A DNA stretch of 64,000 bases from an uncultured bacterium (GCA_963844965.1 CAWJQC010000008.1:1-64000), one strand, 5' to 3'; positions 1 through 10,456 are shown, counted from the first letter of the stretch. A program made the numbers and translations. The notes: generated by a model not told the origin, from the sequence alone.

Positions 1-3000
1 GGAAGTACTGGCGTTCGCGTAATACGATGTGCCGTTGGCAGTATCGTAGAGCTGAACGATGCAGGTCGCGCAAGTCGTAGCCGGCACAACAATGCCGCCC
101 GTGTAGTAGAACCCGCTTGGCGTTGACGGAGCCGAGCCGGAGAAGGTCACCGTTACAGTGTTGAGCTGTAAGGCGCCAGCGGCGTCGGCAGCGAAGTTCA
201 AGGTAGCAAGGTCATCCGGGTTGCTCTTCGCGCGCCCGCTTGTCACGCCCAAAGGCGTAGCCGTAAGCGTTAGCTTCGTGCGCAAGAGGGTCTGCGCGTT
301 GCCGTTCGCGGACGCGAGCGTCACCGCGGAAGACGCATTGGAGCTCTGTCCCAAAGCGACGACCGCGAGAAGCGCGGTGTTGTTCGTGCTGTCCGTGGAA
401 GTCGCGATCTTGAAGGTATGCGTAGTGTTGTCCGTCGCACCCGATGAGGAGTACGAAGAAATATCGCCCTTCAGGGTCAGCGAGACGGAGTTTGCCTGAG
501 GAACAACGACAGGAGTCGCGAAGTGGAAGCTGTAGATGTAGCCCGGGGTACCGCTCGCCACAGAGTTTTTGGACATAGCAGCCGAACCGGCCGTTCCGAG
601 CAGGGTTGAGCCGTTGTACAAGGCCAAGTTGCCGAAACCGGCCTTGACCGTGGACGTGGCAGCAACCTGGTCAAACACGTTCATATCCGTGACCTTCACG
701 TTCTCCACGTTGGAGGTTTCCGTGAAGCGGTATATGGCCAAGGTGTTCCCTGTGGAACCCATGACAAGCTGTCCAGCGGAGGGCATCGCCGAGTCGGCGG
801 TAACCTGGAGGCTGGATTGTCCGGCAATCGTGATATTCTGACCGGAAACGTTGGATGCCAAGGAAACCGCGTTGTAGGACGTTATGCCAGTTCCCGAGAG
901 GCCGGTCATCGTAGTCGCGGCCGTTACATTACCAGACGCGTTCGATGTAACGTCAGCATAGACGTTTACATAAACCGTGCCGCCAGCCGGAACAGTGAAC
1001 GGCGCTCCCGCGAAGGAATAAGTTCCTCCCGAGGATACCGTGCCCTGCGTCGTGCCGAACTGCGTGCCGTTGACCATAACCTTCAGGTTCTGGAAGGAAC
1101 CGGTACTCAAACTCCCAACCAGGAAGGAAAGTGTGGTGATGGTCACGCCGTCGGCGGACGAAGCGGTTAAGGCGTAAGAGCCGATTTCCGCTGCCGTCGC
1201 CGGCTTAGACAAGGTCTGCGTGCCCATAGCCGTGTTCTGCGCAACCGTAAGCTGCGAAGAAGCCAGCGTGAGGGACGCGCCGCTCGCTGCGCCCGATGAG
1301 GCGCTGGCGCTGGAGGTCAGACCCTGCAAGTTGCCGCTGTCGCCGCTCAAAGCGCCGATAACGGAACCGAAGGTCGCCGTTGACTGGATGTCGGCCTTCA
1401 AAGACAAGACCCGGGTGGTGTTCGCCGGAATGATGTAGTTGATGGGCGACGCCGACGTGCCGAAGCAGTCGTTGTAGACGCCATTTACAGCAGTCCACTG
1501 TGTCGCAGCCGTGTTGTAGCCGCTTGTGCAAGCCGCGGCGGAAGGAGGCGTGTTGACGGTCGTGCCGAGCTGGCCGCCCGCGTCATCCGTCATGGCGACG
1601 TTCTTCACCCAGTTGGCCAATGTCGTCGTCGCGGTGTTGAAGGTCAGTGAGAAGTCAAGGTATTTGACTTTCACTGCTTCGCCGCCCGCGTAGAAGGCAA
1701 ACTTGGCGAGGGTTATGCCGCTCTGTCCGGCAGCAAGGTTACCAGTCGGCGTGTCGCCGGACTGGGAAACCGTGATTGTGCCGGAAGTGATGCTAACCTG
1801 CGTGCCGGTGTTGGACGCCGCCACAACGGGGACGTTGTACTGGGAGTCCACGGCGTAGACGTCGTAGGAGTTCAGGATCTCAAACTGGAAGTTGTAGGAA
1901 GGAGAGCCCATGACGTCGGCGTAAAGCTGGATGTTGTTTGAACCCGTGTTCAAAGAGCCAGGATTGGCCGTAGCGTCAAAGTAGGCGGTGCCGTCAGCGG
2001 CAACGGAGGCCAAGGTTGAGCCAACCTGCGTGCCATTGACGTAGAGCTTCAAGTTGCGGAGGTCGGACCTGTTAGCCGAACCGATCTCCTTGAAGTTCAC
2101 GCCCTTGAGCCAGATCTTGCTGTTCTGACCGGTGAAATTCCAGGAACCGACGATGTTGTTCGTCGTACCGGCGGTAACCGAATTCGCGATCGAGGTTGAG
2201 GCAATAGTCAGATAGGCGACACACGGATTCGATACCGAAGTCACGGTGAACGTGTTCCCCATAAGCGGGAACATGCCGGTCGGGGTTACAGCATTGCCGG
2301 AAGCATCTGCTGCAATCACATTAACCGCAGCGGCCAATGAGAATCCGACCGTGTTTCCGGCTTGAAGACCGGCCGCGGGGTCAATCGCGAGCGTAAGCGC
2401 TACCGTCTGGCCGGCAGAGACGCTCAAGCCCAATCCGGCAAAGTCAATGACTCCGCTGGAAATGGAATTGTATTGAGAGAGAACCTTGCCATTTTGAACA
2501 AGGTAGGCGCCGGAGACGGAGCTGTCGGAAAGTACTCCCGTTTTGTTGAATTTGATCTCATTCAACGTAACTGCGCCGGCGTTGCCTGCGGTGTAGTCCA
2601 CGGTCAGAACCGGGACTCTCGCAGCCGTGCCCGTGCAGCCGGTGACGGAGGTCAAGAGTGAACCTGCCGAAGGATTTGAGGCGTCAAGCGCCACGGCCAA
2701 ACCCGAAGCGGGAGCAGGCAAACTCGGAGCGCTCGGTGCGCCTGGTGTGCTCGGTGTCGTCGGAGCGGAGACAGCCACAGACGCCACGTAGGCGCGGCTC
2801 TTCGGACCGAAGTATCCGACCGCGGGCGAAAGACCAACCGCCGCTTGCCACTTGGCTACGGCCGCTTTTGTCATGGCGCCGAAGTAGGCGGTGGGAGCGG
2901 AGATGCTCAGGTAGCCGCCATTGATCAGCATCTGCTGCAAGGCAGAGACGTCGGCACCCTTGCTGCCCACGGTGAGGTCGCGGGTATAGCTGTAGGATGC

Positions 3001-3195
3001 GGTCATGGTCGTGCCCTTAGCGGAGTTAAGCTGACTCTGGAGCTGCTGGATCTGCGTTAAAAGCGCAGCGATCTGAGCCTGAAGGTCTGTCGTTGACTGC
3101 GCGCTCGCTACTGGAACTAAAAGAAGCGCTCCCGACGCCCACAATGCCGTGGTTGCCGTTAGCGCAATTGAAATGATTTTCTTAGATGTAGACAT
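1..3195 (-). CDS. Large secreted cell-surface protein, 5' part only. It has a signal peptide, a coiled-coil, a PG_binding_1-like peptidoglycan-binding domain, then >900 aa of Thr/Ser/Gly/Asn-rich beta-repeat sequence. The C-terminus is beyond the window start.
   Basis: Absent from the ORF track because there is no stop inside the window. The reverse strand is open from ATG (3193-3195; MSTSKKIISIALTATTALWASGALLLVPVASAQ) down to position 1. The motif GSKGADVSALQQMLINGGYL...AVAKWQAAVGL resembles PG_binding_1. The remainder is low-complexity repeats. Confidence 0.7.
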   Translation of the reverse strand, partial: MSTSKKIISIALTATTALWASGALLLVPVASAQSTTDLQAQIAALLTQIQQLQSQLNSAKGTTMTASYSYTRDLTVGSKGADVSALQQMLINGGYLSISAPTAYFGAMTKAAVAKWQAAVGLSPAVGYFGPKSRAYVASVAVSAPTTPSTPGAPSAPSLPAPASGLAVALDASNPSAGSLLTSVTGCTGTAARVPVLTVDYTAGNAGAVTLNEIKFNKTGVLSDSSVSGAYLVQNGKVLSQYNSISSGVIDFAGLGLSVSAGQTVALTLAIDPAAGLQAGNTVGFSLAAAVNVIAADASGNAVTPTGMFPLMGNTFTVTSVSNPCVAYLTIASTSIANSVTAGTTNNIVGSWNFTGQNSKIWLKGVNFKEIGSANRSDLRNLKLYVNGTQVGSTLASVAADGTAYFDATANPGSLNTGSNNIQLYADVMGSPSYNFQFEILNSYDVYAVDSQYNVPVVAASNTGTQVSITSGTITVSQSGDTPTGNLAAGQSGITLAKFAFYAGGEAVKVKYLDFSLTFNTATTTLANWVKNVAMTDDAGGQLGTTVNTPPSAAACTSGYNTAATQWTAVNGVYNDCFGTSASPINYIIPANTTRVLSLKADIQSTATFGSVIGALSGDSGNLQGLTSSASASSGAASGASLTLASSQLTVAQNTAMGTQTLSKPATAAEIGSYALTASSADGVTITTLSFLVGSLSTGSFQNLKVMVNGTQFGTTQGTVSSGGTYSFAGAPFTVPAGGTVYVNVYADVTSNASGNVTAATTMTGLSGTGITSYNAVSLASNVSGQNITIAGQSSLQVTADSAMPSAGQLVMGSTGNTLAIYRFTETSNVENVKVTDMNVFDQVAATSTVKAGFGNLALYNGSTLLGTAGSAAMSKNSVASGTPGYIYSFHFATPVVVPQANSVSLTLKGDISSYSSSGATDNTTHTFKIATSTDSTNNTALLAVVALGQSSNASSAVTLASANGNAQTLLRTKLTLTATPLGVTSGRAKSNPDDLATLNFAADAAGALQLNTVTVTFSGSAPSTPSGFYYTGGIVVPATTCATCIVQLYDTANGTSYYANASTS

Positions 3196-3218
3196 TTGTT
3201 AATTTATGTTTCGACTTT

Positions 3219-3257
3219 ATCCTCCTAAGTTTTCGCTTTGCGAAAATTTTGGAGGAT
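3219..3257 (-). promoter_or_regulatory. 5' UTR hairpin of the surface-protein gene. On the mRNA, AUCCUCC pairs with GGAGGAU (an SD-like AGGAGGA) and encloses a second stem UUUUCGC/GCGAAAA.
   Basis: Inverted repeats atcctcc (3219-3225) and ggaggat (3251-3257), with inner repeats tttcgc/gcgaaa. The SD-like element sits 23 nt upstream of the ATG. Confidence 0.45.
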
Positions 3258-3400
3258 GAATTTGTTTATCGACCTATTTTGGTCGTCGACCTTTTGAATT
3301 GTATGTCTGAACCCGCCTTCTTCGGTTTCGACCCGCCGCTTCATCGGTGAGGACGATGCGCAGGGAACCGGAGAGTGGCGAGGATTGTTTTCTTAAATTA

Positions 3401-3430
3401 AAAACTCGCTTTTTTCAAGCGAGGCTGGAA
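3401..3430 (-). terminator. Rho-independent terminator, read on the minus strand: CTCGCTTG-AAAAA-AGCGAG then TTTTT.
   Basis: Stem ctcgctt/aagcgag followed by a T-run on the minus strand. It lies downstream of the regulator gene and upstream of the surface-protein leader. Confidence 0.55.
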
Positions 3431-3510
3431 ATCACAACTCACGATTCACATATCACGATTCACGATTTTCGTGCCTCGTGTTACGTGTCTCGTGCTTCGT
3501 GCTTCTGGTT
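3431..3510. repeat. Imperfect long palindrome. The left arm is made of cacgattca repeats and the right arm of cgtgYYtcgtg repeats.
   Basis: Direct repeats cacgattca x2-3 and cgtgcctcgtg/cgtgtctcgtg/cgtgcttcgtg. The two arms are roughly reverse-complementary. Confidence 0.5.
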
Positions 3511-3707
3511 CAGCCTCACTTGCCTACCACATCCACCGGATGGCGAAAGTGGCAGACTCTGAACCTATTTATTTTAACAGAAGCCGGAACAATGGCTGTG
3601 GATAAACCCATGTGTATTCCAGCTTAGCATTATTTATAACTCATCTAAGCGAGCAAAGGTTACCGCTCGTTTAACCGAGATCGGAAGGTTGATAACCGGG
3701 GCTTGAT

Positions 3708-4475
3708 CTAATGACTTTCCGGCATTGCGGCAGTTTCCTTAACTTTGTAGTAAGTCGCCGGACCACCGCTTCCTACCCTCTCTACAAGGCCCTTTTCTAT
3801 CAGGTTTTGAATATCGTAGCGTAGTGTCCGTTCGCTTGTTTCGGGTAGAAATTCCTGTATTTCCTTCAGTCGGCAACCCACCCTGCCGTCGGGCAGGTTG
3901 CCGTTTTGCCTTATTCTTTCAAAAATTGCCGATTGCCGCATTGCCGACTTCACAATATTGTGGCCCTCACTGTCGCCACGGGCATTAGTCGGCTTTTCTT
4001 CCGTAAACCCCGCACATCCAACCGCCGAATTATGTCCGCTCGAAAGCGGCAATTCACCATCCTTACTACCACTTTCACTGATTTCATTTTGGAAGTCCGC
4101 AACTTTTTTGGCAACCGGAAGTGGTAACTTGGAGAAGACACCGTTCAATTCCACATTCGGCAAGATGTTTGCCGATTTTTGGGACTCGGCAATTGCCGAA
4201 TTAAACACCGCCAATTCTCTTACAACGATTCCGACATTGGCCTGACTTAAGACGCCGACATCTGCACCAAATCTCAGGAGATATTCAATACCCCTCGCGG
4301 TAATTCTTGCCCCTTCGTAGTCCTCGGCGACCGCAGCGTCAAGCAGAGATAATCCTCTGCTCTCCATACTGTCGGCGAAACTCGGTCTCCGCGCCACAGC
4401 CGCCATCCTGAAGAGCGCGTAGCTTATTTCGTATGCCTTTTTTGAAAGAAACTGGTTTGGATTGTTTTCGGGCAT
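3708..4475 (-). CDS. Putative transcriptional regulator. The N-terminus is a helical bundle and the C-terminus is a winged-helix DNA-binding domain.
   Basis: 255-aa ORF. The C-terminal segment RTLRYDIQNLIEKGLVERVGSGGPATYY looks like a winged HTH. Confidence 0.5.
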   Translation of the reverse strand: MPENNPNQFLSKKAYEISYALFRMAAVARRPSFADSMESRGLSLLDAAVAEDYEGARITARGIEYLLRFGADVGVLSQANVGIVVRELAVFNSAIAESQKSANILPNVELNGVFSKLPLPVAKKVADFQNEISESGSKDGELPLSSGHNSAVGCAGFTEEKPTNARGDSEGHNIVKSAMRQSAIFERIRQNGNLPDGRVGCRLKEIQEFLPETSERTLRYDIQNLIEKGLVERVGSGGPATYYKVKETAAMPESH

Positions 4476-4695
4476 TGCTTACTGCTCTGGTTTTTTTTAT
4501 GGGTCCATAATACGACTTTATCGGCCATAAAGCCAGCACGTCGTCGTGAGCTAGTATATTCCGCCAGCGCAAAAGGTGTCAAATGTCGCCTTAATCCGTG
4601 AAACCGGCGGCCCTCCTCGGTTTACACGCATATTAGCAAGTTATAGCATTAAGTTAAACATGGAAATACAGCGAAACCAAAAAGGCGCGCAATCC

Positions 4696-5715
4696 ATGAA
4701 ACCAACCCGCAAGGGGAGCGGGCTTATCGGTATGTTGGCAATTTTTCTCGCCGGCGTGGCAATCGGAGGCGCTGGCGTGTTTTTTTATTTAAACAAACCG
4801 ATACCCCTAACGCCGACTACCTCGCTCCACGAAGCAGGTAATTCCTATGAACTTATCAACCCGCTGCTTCTCTGCAACACGAACACGCCAAAAGAAATCG
4901 CCGAATTCAAACCGCTCAACGATAAGATAAAAAGCTATACATATGATTTCCTGAATAGCGCGAGCAATGTGCACGCTATTTCTTTCTACTTTCGAGACCT
5001 GACAAGCGGTCGCTGGACGGGCATCAACGAAGAAGAGGCCTACGATCCCGCAAGTTTGCTCAAAGTTCCCCTCATAATCGCCTACTATAAGGAGGCGGAG
5101 TCCGACCCCTCAATTCTTTCAAAAAAACTCCTATATCAACACCAGGGCGGTCCGGCGGAGGTGGAGGGAACGGAGTTCCATGATCTTGTGCCGGGAAATT
5201 ATTACACCGTAGACGAGCTCATAAACACGATGATTACCAAATCCGACGATGACTCTGCAGGACTTCTACTCGCGTCAATGGATATAAACGACTTGAACGA
5301 AATTTTTTCCGACCTGGGAATCACCGTCCCCCAAGGAACGGATAATCGTTATCTGATTTCCGCAAAGACCTACTCTCTGTTTTTTCGCATACTGTACAAT
5401 GCCACGTATTTGAGCCGCGATTATTCGGAAAGGGCGCTTGAATTACTCGCTAAGACGCAGTACGAAGAAGGTATTCTCGCCGGCATACCGAAGGGAACTG
5501 TCGTGGCAGATAAATTCGGCCAATTCGGCGTGCCGAATCCGCTCAATAAAAACGGCGAGGAGTGGGAACTTCATGACTGCGGCATCGTTTATAAGCCAGA
5601 TCATCCCTACCTTTTGTGCGCGATGACAAAAGGAGAGGATCTTGACACGCTGCAAACCGTGATCCAAAACATTTCTCGTATCGTTTACAAAGAAGTTGAT
5701 AATAACTATAAGTAA
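4696..5715 (+). CDS. Membrane-anchored serine hydrolase of the class A beta-lactamase family.
   Basis: The ORF runs 4576-5715, but the likely start is ATG 4696 (MKPTRKG...), which has an AAAAGG RBS. There is an N-terminal TM helix, an SxxK motif (ASLLKV), an SDD motif and KFG, which is class A beta-lactamase-like. Confidence 0.6.
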   Translation: MKPTRKGSGLIGMLAIFLAGVAIGGAGVFFYLNKPIPLTPTTSLHEAGNSYELINPLLLCNTNTPKEIAEFKPLNDKIKSYTYDFLNSASNVHAISFYFRDLTSGRWTGINEEEAYDPASLLKVPLIIAYYKEAESDPSILSKKLLYQHQGGPAEVEGTEFHDLVPGNYYTVDELINTMITKSDDDSAGLLLASMDINDLNEIFSDLGITVPQGTDNRYLISAKTYSLFFRILYNATYLSRDYSERALELLAKTQYEEGILAGIPKGTVVADKFGQFGVPNPLNKNGEEWELHDCGIVYKPDHPYLLCAMTKGEDLDTLQTVIQNISRIVYKEVDNNYK

Positions 5716-5716
5716 A

Positions 5717-5748
5717 ACAAAAATAGCGGCCGAGCCGCTATTTTTGTT
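5717..5748. terminator. Bidirectional rho-independent terminator shared by the hydrolase (+) and galU (-).
   Basis: aaaaatagcggccgagccgctatttttgtttt: a GC stem flanked by an A-run and a T-run. Confidence 0.7.
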
Positions 5749-5772
5749 TTACGTGCGCGTCCATGCGCGGGG

Positions 5773-6588
5773 TCAATTTTGGCACTCGTCATTCTTCCTG
5801 CTCAAAAATTCTTCCGTTTTTTTCAGCTTTTCCAGCGTTCCACAATCCAAGCGCCTCCCAGGAAATTCCCAGCCGAGAATCTTGCCGCCTATTATAAGCT
5901 CAATTTGCAAAGCAACCGCGAGAGGCAAAGCGTCGTCCGCAATGGCGGGAAGCGTCTCCGAAATACTCTTCAGGTCGCGCAGCATTCTCGGAGTCATCAC
6001 ATAGCCGCCAATGATGGTCAGATTGGAAGGAGCGTCTTTAAGTTTTGGCTTCTCTACTATCTTAGTGATTTGGTATATGCGACCGCCGTCTTTTTTCTGA
6101 TTGCCCGATTTCCGCACGCCGACGACCCCGAAACGATAGACGAGGTTCCTGGGCACCTTCTCCAAAAGTATAACCGGCAGTTTTTTTGTTTCAAAAATAT
6201 CGATCAAGGTGCGAAGAGCCGGTTTCTTGTCGGCAAGCAAAACATCGTCGCAAAAGCGCACGGCGAACGGCTCGTTCTTGACCAAATCATAAGCGCTTAT
6301 GAGCGCGTGGCCGTTTCCGCCGGGAGTTGCCTGCTCGCGCACGTGAAAGCGCAGTGTGGGAAATTTCTTCGCGTTCTTCCTGATGTAGGCGTCAAATTTT
6401 TTCCTGTGGCAGGGACTGATGATCAAGATGACGTCCTTTATGCCGCTCGCGACCGCTTCCTCAAGCCCAAACTCCAAAAGCGGCCTGCCGTTAACGCATA
6501 TTAAATTCTTCGGCGTACATTTCGTAAGCGGCATCAGGCGCTTGCCGCGCCCGGCCACCGGCAAAACTAACTTAGTAACGTGGAACAT
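5773..6588 (-). CDS. galU: UTP--glucose-1-phosphate uridylyltransferase.
   Basis: N-terminal LPVAGRGKRLMPLTK nucleotidyltransferase motif, with GalU-like overall length and layout. Confidence 0.75.
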   Translation of the reverse strand: MFHVTKLVLPVAGRGKRLMPLTKCTPKNLICVNGRPLLEFGLEEAVASGIKDVILIISPCHRKKFDAYIRKNAKKFPTLRFHVREQATPGGNGHALISAYDLVKNEPFAVRFCDDVLLADKKPALRTLIDIFETKKLPVILLEKVPRNLVYRFGVVGVRKSGNQKKDGGRIYQITKIVEKPKLKDAPSNLTIIGGYVMTPRMLRDLKSISETLPAIADDALPLAVALQIELIIGGKILGWEFPGRRLDCGTLEKLKKTEEFLSRKNDECQN

Positions 6589-6637
6589 GTAATGTAGGAC
6601 ATGGACAAAGGATTACCTTGCCGCATGTCGCTTGTCG

Positions 6638-7429
6638 CTATAGCGACCAACTTGCCGACCCTAAAATTATAACCATAAACACCAAAAAAATTGAGAGGTC
6701 GGCCAAAATCGCGCGCCGCGTGAGTTTGCCTTCCAGTTGGCCGGAAAATAATTCAAGAGTAAGCGCCGCGAGGAGAAAGGCAAGGGCGGATTGATACAGG
6801 TAATTGAGCGGCAGGAAAAGCACGGCAATTGTCACCTGTGAAACCAGCAAACCGCCGATAGCGGCGAAAACCCTCCCTTTCCTCAGCCTTTCGGCGGAAA
6901 CGTTTTCGCCGCCGTAGTTCAAAAATCCCATGCTCAGCAAAAAAACAAAGAATCCCAGGAGCAGAGAGCACATAAACGGCCAATATCCGGACCAGGAATC
7001 AAAATAAGGGAAAAATTTTATGAACGCGAAAAATTCCACAAGCAGCGTGAGCGCTTCGTAGGCGGATTTGCGTTCTATAAAAACCAATTCCTTGACGCCC
7101 AGGATCATGTAAAAGACGCCGGCAAAGACGATGGCAAACAAGAAATTCCTTGGCTCAATCGCCGCAAAAAAAATAATCGCCAAGAACGGCAGAAAAAAAC
7201 GTTTTACGCCGAAAAACGGCACGAGATAAAGACAAAGCGCGAGAAGGACGAACAGCCAAAACGGCAAAAGAAACCAGCCCAATCCGAAGATAACCGCCCT
7301 AAGGGGTAAACCCCGTAGTGAAACTGCGCGTTTAATTTTTTCTACCAGTGACATAAATAAGGTACTAAAACTTCTCCGCGCGGATAATACTATGCGGCAA
7401 AAAACAAAACAAACCGGTCTTGCGCGCAA
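6638..7429 (-). CDS. Hypothetical polytopic membrane protein with about 7-8 TM helices.
   Basis: Long hydrophobic segments throughout. The start is uncertain; the alternative is M27, near position 7351. Confidence 0.5.
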   Translation of the reverse strand: MRARPVCFVFCRIVLSARRSFSTLFMSLVEKIKRAVSLRGLPLRAVIFGLGWFLLPFWLFVLLALCLYLVPFFGVKRFFLPFLAIIFFAAIEPRNFLFAIVFAGVFYMILGVKELVFIERKSAYEALTLLVEFFAFIKFFPYFDSWSGYWPFMCSLLLGFFVFLLSMGFLNYGGENVSAERLRKGRVFAAIGGLLVSQVTIAVLFLPLNYLYQSALAFLLAALTLELFSGQLEGKLTRRAILADLSIFLVFMVIILGSASWSL

Positions 7430-7434
7430 TTCTA

Positions 7435-9252
7435 CTACGGGGTAAAGACCAACGAATCCGCCCTAAAATTGATTTTAACCTTGCTGCCATCTTTTAGTTC
7501 TCCGCGTATGAGCTTATCAGCAAGTTTATCAAGAATCAGCTTCTGTATCAAACGCTTCAACGGCCTTGCGCCGAATTCAGCGCTGAAACCTTCTTTTATG
7601 AGGTGTTCCTTGGCGGTGGCGCTCACTTCAATTCTTATCTTCTTGGATTCCAGTTTTTTCTGGATCAGGCTCAGTTGTATATCAACGATCTTCGCGATCT
7701 CCCCCTTGCCAAGCGGCCTGAAGATGATAATCTCGTCTATTCTGTTCAAAAATTCGGGCCGGAAGCTTTCCCTCAGCGACTCCATCACCTTATCCCGGTA
7801 ATTTCCCTCCTCGGCGGCGCGCCCTTCCGACTCGCCGGCCGAAAAACCCAGCCGCGACATGCCTCGCAAATACTGGCTGCCGACGTTGGAGGTCATAATG
7901 ATTATCGCGTTCTTGAAATTAACCGTCTTGCCTTTGCCGTCGGTAAGCCGGCCATTATCCAAGATCTGCAAGAGAATATTGAAGACCTCCGGATGCGCTT
8001 TTTCTATCTCATCAAAAAGTATCAAGCTATAAGGCCTGTGGCGCACCACTTCGGTGAGCTGCCCACCCTCTTCGTGGCCAACGTATCCCGGAGGAGAACC
8101 GATGAGCCGAGAAACCGCATGCCGCTCCATGTATTCGGACATGTCAATGCGCACGAGCGCTTTCTCGTCGTTGAACATGAATTCCGCAAGCGCTTTGGCG
8201 AGTTCCGTTTTCCCCACGCCGGTAGGACCGAGGAACATGAACGAACCGAGCGGACAATTGGCGTCCGAAAGACCGGCGCGCGCCCTCCTTAGAGCATCGG
8301 CCACCGCTTTTATCCCCTCTTCCTGGCCGACGACGCGCTTCTCAAGAACATCTTCTATCTTTACGAGTTTGTCAGCTTCCGTTTCCAACATCCGCCTCAA
8401 AGGAATCCCAGTCCAGACCGAAACAATGGAAGCCACGTCTTCTTTATCAACCGCTTCTTTGAGGAACGACTCCACCGCGCCCGCGGTCTTCTTCCCGCGC
8501 CGAGCGGCGCGTGCGGCGCCGAAATTTTTCTTCTCAAATACCTCGAAATCCTTTTCCGCCTGCGGCAATTCGCCGTACAAGACCTGCGCCACGCGCTCAA
8601 GATTGCCTTCGCGCTCGGCGACCTCGGATTCGCGTTTCAAGTTCTCTATCTTCTGGCGCAACTGATGCAGAGTTTCAAATTTCATTTTTTCCGTGTGCCA
8701 GCGGGCGGACAAGTCGTCGTTCTTTTCCTTGAAACGCTTAAGCCCTTTGTCAACTTCCTTAAGGCGCACGGCGTTCGCTTTTTCGCTTTCCTTGGAGAGC
8801 GCCTGGCGCTCAACCTCAAGGCGAGTGATCTCGCGCCGGATGCCGTCTATTTCTTTCGGTAAACTTTCCGTTTCCAGCCGTCTTGCCGCGGCGGCTTCGT
8901 CTATCAGGTCAATAGCCTTGTCCGGAAGAAATCTGTCGGTGATGTAGCGCGCGCTCAAGTTCACCGCTTCCACGATCGCTTCATCGGAAATGCGCAAACC
9001 GTGATGGATCTCGTATTTTTCCTTGAGGCCGCGCAGAATGGCGATGGAGTCCTCTATGTTCGGCTCCTCAACCATGATCGGCTGGAACCTGCGTTCCAAT
9101 GCCGGATCTTTCTCTATGTATTTTTGATATTCGCGGATGGTTGTCGCGCCGATAGCGTGCAGTTCGCCGCGCGCCAGAGCCGGCTTCAGCAAATTGGAAG
9201 CGTCAACCGCGCCTTCCGAAGCGCCGGCGCCGACGATCGTGTGGATACTCAT
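7435..9252 (-). CDS. clpB: ClpB chaperone, C-terminal about 600 aa. This is a frameshifted fragment carrying the NBD1 end, the middle domain and NBD2.
   Basis: [42 protein letters not shown] and sensor/arginine motifs are present. It continues the upstream fragment in the +1 frame. Confidence 0.85.
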   Translation of the reverse strand: MSIHTIVGAGASEGAVDASNLLKPALARGELHAIGATTIREYQKYIEKDPALERRFQPIMVEEPNIEDSIAILRGLKEKYEIHHGLRISDEAIVEAVNLSARYITDRFLPDKAIDLIDEAAAARRLETESLPKEIDGIRREITRLEVERQALSKESEKANAVRLKEVDKGLKRFKEKNDDLSARWHTEKMKFETLHQLRQKIENLKRESEVAEREGNLERVAQVLYGELPQAEKDFEVFEKKNFGAARAARRGKKTAGAVESFLKEAVDKEDVASIVSVWTGIPLRRMLETEADKLVKIEDVLEKRVVGQEEGIKAVADALRRARAGLSDANCPLGSFMFLGPTGVGKTELAKALAEFMFNDEKALVRIDMSEYMERHAVSRLIGSPPGYVGHEEGGQLTEVVRHRPYSLILFDEIEKAHPEVFNILLQILDNGRLTDGKGKTVNFKNAIIIMTSNVGSQYLRGMSRLGFSAGESEGRAAEEGNYRDKVMESLRESFRPEFLNRIDEIIIFRPLGKGEIAKIVDIQLSLIQKKLESKKIRIEVSATAKEHLIKEGFSAEFGARPLKRLIQKLILDKLADKLIRGELKDGSKVKINFRADSLVFTP

Positions 9253-10093
9253 CTATGAAAAGTATTATCTGACCCGAAGCGTTCTTGATCTCGTTCACAA
9301 AGGCCTTCAGACGGTCCTCAAACTCGCCGCGGAATTTTGTCCCGGCGATGAGGGACCCGAGGTCAAGCATCAAAAGTTTTTTTCCTTTCAGGGGTTCCGG
9401 AATGTCGCCGGAGACAATTCGCTGGGCGAGACCCTCAACGATGGCGGTTTTTCCCACACCCGGCTCGCCGATCAAAGCCGGATTGTTTTTCGTCCGGCGC
9501 GAGAGAACCTGCATTACGCGGCGCAGTTCGTCCTCGCGGCCGATAACCGGATCCAATTCCCCTTTTTTCGCTTTTTCGGTTATGTCTATGGCGTATTTTT
9601 CCAAAACCTGAAACTTGGATTCAGGCGTCTCGTCCGTGACACGCACCGAACCTCTGAGTTGCGCCAAAATCCTGAACGCCGATTCGCGGCGCACGCCGAA
9701 CTGCTCCAAGATATTTTTCGCCGCCGATGGCACCTCCAAAAGCGCGAGCAGCATGTGCTCGCAGGAAACAAATTCGTCTTTTTGCTGCGCCGCCACTTTC
9801 GCCGACTGATCAAGCGCGCGCATAAGTTCCTGCGAAAGATAAAGCTGCCCGACGGCGGAACTCGCGATAAGCTTGGGAAGGCGCGAAAGCTCGTGCTCCA
9901 CGTGTTCCGCGAGTTTTTCCATGTTGACGCCCGCGCGCATCAAAACCGGGACGACAAGCGACGATTGGTCGCCGATAAGAGCCGAGAGAAGATGGAGCGC
10001 TTTTAACTCGCCGTGGCCCTTGCGCGCGGCTATTTCCTGGGCGTTCTGCAACGCTTCCTGCGCTTTGATTGTGAAACGATGAAAGTTGGGCAC
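9203..10093 (-). CDS. clpB: ClpB chaperone, N-terminal about 280 aa. This is the fragment upstream of the frameshift.
   Basis: Clp_N repeats and Walker A ([18 protein letters not shown]). It ends ILFIDEY instead of ILFIDELHTIVG, because an extra T near 9243 shifts the frame. GTG start at 10091-10093. Confidence 0.85.
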   Translation of the reverse strand: MPNFHRFTIKAQEALQNAQEIAARKGHGELKALHLLSALIGDQSSLVVPVLMRAGVNMEKLAEHVEHELSRLPKLIASSAVGQLYLSQELMRALDQSAKVAAQQKDEFVSCEHMLLALLEVPSAAKNILEQFGVRRESAFRILAQLRGSVRVTDETPESKFQVLEKYAIDITEKAKKGELDPVIGREDELRRVMQVLSRRTKNNPALIGEPGVGKTAIVEGLAQRIVSGDIPEPLKGKKLLMLDLGSLIAGTKFRGEFEDRLKAFVNEIKNASGQIILFIDEYPHDRRRRRFGRRG

Positions 10094-10192
10094 GTATTTA
10101 TTTTATGAAATTTCTAATATCTAATTTCTAAATAAATCCCGATATCCAAATTACAAACCCCAAACATTTGGGGCTTTGGCATTTTTGGGATT

Positions 10193-10205
10193 TAGACATT
10201 GTCTA
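10193..10205. promoter_or_regulatory. Perfect 13-bp palindrome TAGACAaTGTCTA in the clpB leader. It is a candidate operator.
   Basis: The palindrome lies downstream of a TATAAT box (about 10243-10248, minus strand). Nearby are the direct repeats ggatttaga x2 and the palindrome caatctctgCcagagattg. Confidence 0.3.
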
Positions 10206-10426
10206 GAAAAATTCGGATTTAGAAATTATTAATTTAATTATACCTTAACTGCGAGCCGTTGAATATTCAATTAATGATACGACTCTCGTGCGACAATAGT
10301 TTCAGAATCTTTTACAGTATAGCCGAAAAAACCGCGATTGTCAATCTCTGCCAGAGATTGCTAATAACGAAATCGCGTGTCGGGCCCACGTGCGCGCAAG
10401 ATTTCCGGTAAAAATCCCGACACCCC

Positions 10427-10456
10427 AAAAACAAAAAGGCCGCTTTCAAAGCGGCC
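10427..10456 (-). terminator. Rho-independent terminator on the minus strand for the 111-aa gene.
   Basis: ggccgctttcaaagcggcc stem, followed on the minus strand by TTTTTGTTTTT. Confidence 0.65.

Noticed and set aside
3431..3510. Possible CRISPR array (short direct repeats cacgattca / cgtgcttcgtg)
   Set aside because: The repeats are only 9-11 bp, irregular, without unique spacers of 25-40 bp. No cas genes are present. It is better described as an imperfect palindrome.
8054..10006. Plus-strand ORFs of 203-289 aa (8054-8665, 9137-10006, 7603-8292) overlapping clpB
   Set aside because: They are antisense shadow ORFs inside a clearly homologous clpB. Their translations are low-complexity with no recognisable domain.
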